Positions 59,029-64,000 of a DNA stretch of 64,000 nt are shown piece after piece. A program made the position numbers and the translations under genes. Location: positions 128,001 through 192,000 of the forward strand of contig JBMFNR010000001.1 in NCBI GenBank assembly GCA_049970055.1. Direction: 5' to 3'. Position 1 is the stretch's first letter. Each line of letters begins with the position of its first letter. The notes beneath the pieces are model-generated. The model saw only the letters and a list, made by a program, of their open reading frames with translations, was not told the origin of the DNA and did not search any database. This stretch comes from Fervidobacterium sp. (GTDB lineage: Bacteria; Thermotogota; Thermotogae; Thermotogales; Fervidobacteriaceae).

Positions 59029-60759
59029 TTATTCTTTGTACAACCAGTCAAGGTTCCAAGTTGTTCCACCAAGTAGTGTTATCTTAATGTTCTTTACAGT
59101 ATTTCTCCATGCAAAGAGTCTCAAACTGTTGACTGTGTAAATAAGTGGTATATTTTCCGAAGCAAGTTTCTGGAATTTCGCCCAGTAGTCCTTAACGACA
59201 TTATCATCGAGGATTCTAACATTTTCTCTGAATATCTTATCGATTTCTTTTTCAAAGTCTGGTACTGAATAGGCTTTTGCATCTACCCAGTCAGCAACTT
59301 CTGGAGAGAGGTTCCAGAAGTGTAATGAACCATCTATGGCCCATACATTTCTTCCACCTTGTGGCTCATCTGAACCTGTTAAACCTATAATGATTGCGTC
59401 CCAGTCACCGACGTTAAGCATTCTGTTGACAAGCGTGTTGAAGTCACCTGGTGCAAATGTTACATCCATACCAAGCTGTTTGAGTGCTGCCGTGATAATG
59501 TTGCCCATACCTTCACGTACTGTATTACCAGCATTTGTTTCAACCGTGAACTTGACAGGTCTTCCTTTGCTGTCGATGAGTTTTCCATTCTTATCCCATC
59601 CAAATCCACCAAGTTTTAGTTCCGCTCTTGCCTTGTTAAGATCAAACGGATATTTAACCGTAACTTTATCATTGTAGTATGGTGATGCCATGGAAACTGG
59701 TGACCATTGTTCAACTGCAAGACCGTTGAAGAGCGTGTCAATCATCTTTTTCTTATCCATTGCGTAGGCAACAGCTTTTCTGAAATGTACATTTCTGAAC
59801 CATTCTCTCTTTGCCTCATCTTTGTTGTTCCAATTGAACGTAATGAATTGTGTACCGTACGCTGGACCGTATGCAAGAACTGTAATGTTGAATTTCTTTT
59901 CGTTTTCCTTAAAGTAGTTAAATTCGGTACCTCTTGGTGAGTAAATGTCGACTTCACCTTTTTCAAATGCTAGTTTTTGTGCATCTTGTGAGGAAATTAT
60001 CTTGTAAACGACTTCATTCAAATATGGTAATTGTGTACCGTTTTTATCTTTCTTCCAGTAGTATGGGTTTGCTGTGAATCTTACAAATTGGTCTGGTACA
60101 TATTCGACGGGAATGAATGGCCCTAAACCAACGATTTCCTTTTTGTTGATTGAATCTACTGTCCAGAATTCTGCAAACTTTTTATTCTTTACCCAGCTTT
60201 CTGCTTTGTATTTTGGGAATATGTACATTCCACCAAGATACCTGAATGCAAGCCTGAACGGTTCTGGATAATACATTCTGACTGTGTAGTCGTTTATCTT
60301 CGTTGCTTTTGGTAAGTATCCATTTGTGCTTTTAATAACATCTTTGAACGAACTTGCGATGTCTGGGTTTGTGTAAATTTCATTGAGTGTGAATACAACA
60401 TCGTCAGCCGTGAATGGTGTGCCGTCGCTCCATTTTACACCTTTTCTAAGGTACCATATAATTTCCATACCACCATCTTTTGTTAGACGTGGACCATCCC
60501 ATTTCTCAGCAAGTGCAGGATAGAAATTCCCATCTCTTGCATCTCTTTCAATAAGTGTTCCACCCCAACTCATGAACATGGAGATAACGTCCGATGAGCT
60601 TGTTTCCTTTGAGACAGTGTCGTTAACTGTTCTTGGACCACTAAGTGTTGGAAGTACAAGCGTACCACCTTTCTTACCGGTAGCATCTTCACCAATGTAA
60701 CCAGCAAAAGCAAAGAAAACAAAAAGCGACACTAAAAGTGTTACGAGAACCTTTCTCAT
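59029..60759 (-). CDS. Opp/Dpp-family ABC substrate-binding protein
   Basis: Signal peptide, LRKGVKWSDGTPFTADDVVFT, GLGPF, NPYYWK..G.QLPYL, FRKAVAYAMD. Confidence 0.92.
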   Translation of the reverse strand: MRKVLVTLLVSLFVFFAFAGYIGEDATGKKGGTLVLPTLSGPRTVNDTVSKETSSSDVISMFMSWGGTLIERDARDGNFYPALAEKWDGPRLTKDGGMEIIWYLRKGVKWSDGTPFTADDVVFTLNEIYTNPDIASSFKDVIKSTNGYLPKATKINDYTVRMYYPEPFRLAFRYLGGMYIFPKYKAESWVKNKKFAEFWTVDSINKKEIVGLGPFIPVEYVPDQFVRFTANPYYWKKDKNGTQLPYLNEVVYKIISSQDAQKLAFEKGEVDIYSPRGTEFNYFKENEKKFNITVLAYGPAYGTQFITFNWNNKDEAKREWFRNVHFRKAVAYAMDKKKMIDTLFNGLAVEQWSPVSMASPYYNDKVTVKYPFDLNKARAELKLGGFGWDKNGKLIDSKGRPVKFTVETNAGNTVREGMGNIITAALKQLGMDVTFAPGDFNTLVNRMLNVGDWDAIIIGLTGSDEPQGGRNVWAIDGSLHFWNLSPEVADWVDAKAYSVPDFEKEIDKIFRENVRILDDNVVKDYWAKFQKLASENIPLIYTVNSLRLFAWRNTVKNIKITLLGGTTWNLDWLYKE

Positions 60760-60761
60760 AC

Positions 60762-61775
60762 CTACACCTCCCTTTTATCTACCAGGTGGCATGCAACCTG
60801 GTGATTTGAAGAAATTGATTTCATCTGAGGATATTCCTTTTCACATATATCCATTTTAAATGGACATCTTGGATGGAAGAAACATCCATTTGGTCTTGCT
60901 ATAGGGCTTGGAACGTTACCTGTGAGAATTATCCTTTTTCTTTTCTTTTCTATCGCAGGGTCAGGTATTGGTGATGCCGAGAGCAAAGCCTTTGTATACG
61001 GATGAACTGGATTATCAAATACTTCGTTCACGTTCCCCATTTCGACAATCTTTCCAAGATACATAACGGCAACATCATTACTTATGAACCTAACCAATGA
61101 AAGGTTATGTGATATAAAAACATAAGTTAAACCAAGTTCTTCTTGGAATTTCAAGAGTAAATTGACTATCTGTGCCTGAACAGAGACATCGAGAGCAGAT
61201 GTTGGTTCATCAAGATAAATTATCTCAGGATCGACGCTAAGAGCACGTGCTATAGCTATCCTTTGCTTTTGCCCACCACTAAATTGGTGTGGGTATCTGT
61301 CCATATGGAATGGTTTTAAACCAACCATTTTGAGAAGTTCAACAGCTTTTTCATTGGCTTCTTGCTGGTTTTGAACTATTTTATGAAAGAGCATTGGTTC
61401 TGTCAATATCTGGCCAACTGTCATTCTTGGGTTCAACGAACCTATTGGATTTTGGAAAACTATCTGCATCTTTCTTCTAAATGGTAATAACTCTTCTCTG
61501 GAAAACTTAGATATATCTGTACCAAAAATCTCGATCTTACCATCTGTTGGATCTATTAACCTTAACATTACTCTTGCTGTCGTTGTCTTTCCGCAACCGG
61601 ACTCACCAACGAGCGCAAAAGTTTCACCACGTTTCACTTGAAATGAGACATCATCAACAGCTTTGACATCAGCTACGTGCTTTTTAATGAGAAAACCCTT
61701 GTATATAGGGAAAAATTTCTTTAAGTTTTCTACCCTGATTATTACCTCGTTTTTTGCCGTATCAGGCATATACAT
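60762..61775 (-). CDS. ABC ATPase (OppF-like)
   Basis: GESGCGKTT, FSGGQKQR, DEPTSALDVSVQAQ, GCFFHPRCP. Confidence 0.94.
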   Translation of the reverse strand: MYMPDTAKNEVIIRVENLKKFFPIYKGFLIKKHVADVKAVDDVSFQVKRGETFALVGESGCGKTTTARVMLRLIDPTDGKIEIFGTDISKFSREELLPFRRKMQIVFQNPIGSLNPRMTVGQILTEPMLFHKIVQNQQEANEKAVELLKMVGLKPFHMDRYPHQFSGGQKQRIAIARALSVDPEIIYLDEPTSALDVSVQAQIVNLLLKFQEELGLTYVFISHNLSLVRFISNDVAVMYLGKIVEMGNVNEVFDNPVHPYTKALLSASPIPDPAIEKKRKRIILTGNVPSPIARPNGCFFHPRCPFKMDICEKEYPQMKSISSNHQVACHLVDKREV

Positions 61776-62769
61776 CCCCTCCAGCTTCTACTGGGTTAAA
61801 GCACCTAACGAAATGGTTTGGCTCGAGCTCTTCGAATTTCGGTAACTCTTTTGTACATTTGTCTAACCTTCTCGGGCACCTTGGCGCGAATGGGCAAACA
61901 TCTGGAACATCAATCATCCTTGGCGGTTGACCGGGGATAGCTTCTAACTTATCCTGTTTTATGTCAACCCTTGGTATTGATTTTAATAACATATTCGTGT
62001 ATGGATGCATTGGTTTATGGAAGATATCTTCAGCAGCACCAAGTTCCATCTGTCGTCCACCGTACATTACCATAACTCTATCAGCCATAGCGGATATAAC
62101 GCCGAGATCGTGTGTAATAAACAACGTCCCCGTTCTTAATTCTTTTTGTAATTCTTTCATGAGTTCAAGAACTTGTGCTTGTATAGTAACATCTAAAGCT
62201 GTCGTTGGCTCATCGGCTATGAGTATTTTCGGATTACAAGAAAGAGCGATCGCTATAACTACACGTTGCTTCATTCCACCACTGAACTCAAAAGGGTATG
62301 AATTCATTCTTTTTTCCGGTTCAGGAATTTGAACTTTTCTAAGCATTTCAACAGCGAGATTCCAAGCAGTTGACCTATCGACATCTTGGTGTTGCATAAT
62401 GGTTTCAATGAGTTGATCGCCAATTGTGTACAATGGATTAAGAGATGTGAGTGGATCTTGGAAGATCATCGATATTTCTTTACCTCTTATTTGGGTTAGC
62501 TCATCTTCATCCATTTTTACAATATCTTCTTCTTTTCCACGACCCCTGTAAATTATCTGCCCACTAACTATTTTCCCAGGATGATGAATTAGTCTCATGA
62601 TACTCCTAACGGTTATACTTTTACCAGAACCAGTTTCTCCAACAATTCCGAGAACTTCATTCTCGGAAAGTTCAAAAGAAACATTGTTTACAGCCTTTAA
62701 GACTCCCTCTTCCAAGTAAAACCAGGTACTTAGGTTTCTAACGCTGAGTATGGATTCCAAAACTACCAA
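61762..62769 (-). CDS. ABC ATPase (OppD-like)
   Basis: GETGSGKS, FSGGMKQR, DEPTTALDVTIQAQ, CPFAPRC. Start uncertain by a few codons. Confidence 0.94.
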   Translation of the reverse strand: MVVLESILSVRNLSTWFYLEEGVLKAVNNVSFELSENEVLGIVGETGSGKSITVRSIMRLIHHPGKIVSGQIIYRGRGKEEDIVKMDEDELTQIRGKEISMIFQDPLTSLNPLYTIGDQLIETIMQHQDVDRSTAWNLAVEMLRKVQIPEPEKRMNSYPFEFSGGMKQRVVIAIALSCNPKILIADEPTTALDVTIQAQVLELMKELQKELRTGTLFITHDLGVISAMADRVMVMYGGRQMELGAAEDIFHKPMHPYTNMLLKSIPRVDIKQDKLEAIPGQPPRMIDVPDVCPFAPRCPRRLDKCTKELPKFEELEPNHFVRCFNPVEAGGDVYA

Positions 62770-62873
62770 GCCTCCTTTTAAGCTTGAAGAATCTGTGATT
62801 AAGAAATTTATCTATTCATATTTTAAGGGTGAAGATTAATGATATCTTCAGGAGTCTTAGCTAAACTATTTCT

Positions 62874-62903
62874 ATTATACCATATAAAAACACGCACAGA
62901 CAA
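62874..62903 (-). promoter_or_regulatory. promoter of the second opp operon
   Basis: TTGTCT-18 nt-TATAAT with TG extension. Confidence 0.5.
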
Positions 62904-63025
62904 CGGTTTATATTTTCAAAATTACATTGAATTTTAACAAATATTTATGGAAAATTACTCTTTTACACTAGTATTCGCAAAAGGTTTTCTGGAAGTTTTG
63001 GTATGCTTTTTTCGAACACTTTTTG

Positions 63026-63754
63026 TTAATTCCTGTTAAGTACACTGATAACCATTGAGACCTTTTGAATAAATTCGTTTCTTAGTGGTTTTACATTTCC
63101 AAAGGAAGAGAGCAATTCCTCTTCGAACAATGGAATTTTTGTTATTCCAGCGTTAGTGTTGATTTCAATAAATTCAACCGTTGCACCAACATTTTCACCC
63201 AGGCTTGAAGAGAACATAATTCTATCTTGTGATAAGTTAGTTGATATTAGATCGGTAGTAGCGTATGTATAGTATCCCGTTATTTGGAATTCTTTATTCA
63301 TAACATCCACTTTAGCCTCAGTTATGTATAACTTGTTATCTTTTAAAGCAAATGCCACAAGATAAAGGGGTATAAATATGCTTGGTACGCTTCTTACAGA
63401 TTTTACATAAAATTCCTCAGCCATCCACGGTCTAAACGAAACAAAGTCCGCGATCAGTGTTTTTTCATTTTTTGTAATATATGCTATAAAATCCTTCCTG
63501 ACTTCTTCCAAATTAGATAGAAACGTTTTTGTACTTGTGCGTTTCACAAAATACATTATTATAATGACGAACGAGTATATTATTAATAATGCTGCGATAG
63601 TATTTTTAACAAATATTATTAAGAGATAGAAATCCCTAACATATTTGATCTGAGCTAGAAAGTCGAAGTTAATGATCAAAAGTATTATCCCAAAAATTAA
63701 CAGTACCAAATCCTTAGCAGGAAATTTTTTAAAAAAATCTCTATCCGATTTCAT
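63026..63754 (-). CDS. hypothetical membrane protein
   Basis: 242-aa ORF with SD GGGGGA; two N-terminal TM segments and a soluble C-terminal domain. Confidence 0.7.
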   Translation of the reverse strand: MKSDRDFFKKFPAKDLVLLIFGIILLIINFDFLAQIKYVRDFYLLIIFVKNTIAALLIIYSFVIIIMYFVKRTSTKTFLSNLEEVRKDFIAYITKNEKTLIADFVSFRPWMAEEFYVKSVRSVPSIFIPLYLVAFALKDNKLYITEAKVDVMNKEFQITGYYTYATTDLISTNLSQDRIMFSSSLGENVGATVEFIEINTNAGITKIPLFEEELLSSFGNVKPLRNEFIQKVSMVISVLNRN

Positions 63755-63772
63755 GGAATCCCCCCACTAATA

Positions 63773-64000
63773 TCATAACTCTTCCAACTTACTTATAAAT
63801 TCTTCGTATTTCTTATCTATCTCTTCTTTTTGTTTTTTTATTATCGTCACCTTTTCTCTTGCTTTCATCAAAATCGTTATAGCTTTTGAGTAAAGTTCTA
63901 TTTGCCTTTCTATTTCCAATTCAGATGATAAAAACTTTGACTTTACAAATTCAACTACTTCCATAAGTTCCTTAAATGTTAATTTTTCTATATCACCATC
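63773..64000 (-). CDS. small coiled-coil protein, possibly exonuclease VII small subunit-like (5' end outside window)
   Basis: Frame is open to the window edge: DIEKLTFKELMEVVE...ELEIERQIELYSKAITIL resembles the XseB pattern LSFEE..LE.....LE....YE.G..L. Confidence 0.5.
   Translation of the reverse strand, partial: DGDIEKLTFKELMEVVEFVKSKFLSSELEIERQIELYSKAITILMKAREKVTIIKKQKEEIDKKYEEFISKLEEL

Overview
Chromosomal segment of a Thermotogota bacterium, most consistent with Fervidobacterium. This is inferred from protein sequences (Cel5A-like GH5, FliY, Thermotoga-type DHFR/PFK) and the AT-rich composition. Most of the window is housekeeping: leuS-prsA-like-K+ channel-mtnA-serS-dxs(partial), mgtE-uvrA-rdgB-hutI, a NusG-II/Gx pair, a GH1 beta-glucosidase, a flagellar hook/motor/switch operon, EF-G2, DHFR, groESL with a CIRCE, PPi-type PFK, two tRNAs, a short divergent flagellin, an FN3/beta-propeller surface protein, a cellobiose/beta-glucan locus (Opp-type ABC, GH1, LacI, GH5) and a second Opp-type ABC operon. 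A decayed type I hsdM lies just 3' of tRNA-Ala(GGC). The best candidates for undescribed biology are (i) a three-gene envelope operon (Ig-repeat lipoprotein; beta-propeller protein with cohesin-like and dockerin-like C-terminus; small lipoprotein), possibly a non-cellulosomal cohesin-dockerin surface assembly, and (ii) a Pro-Pro-ending leader peptide chained by ATGA overlaps into mgtE, reminiscent of MgtL-type Mg2+ sensing. All calls come from reading motifs by eye; no database searches were run.
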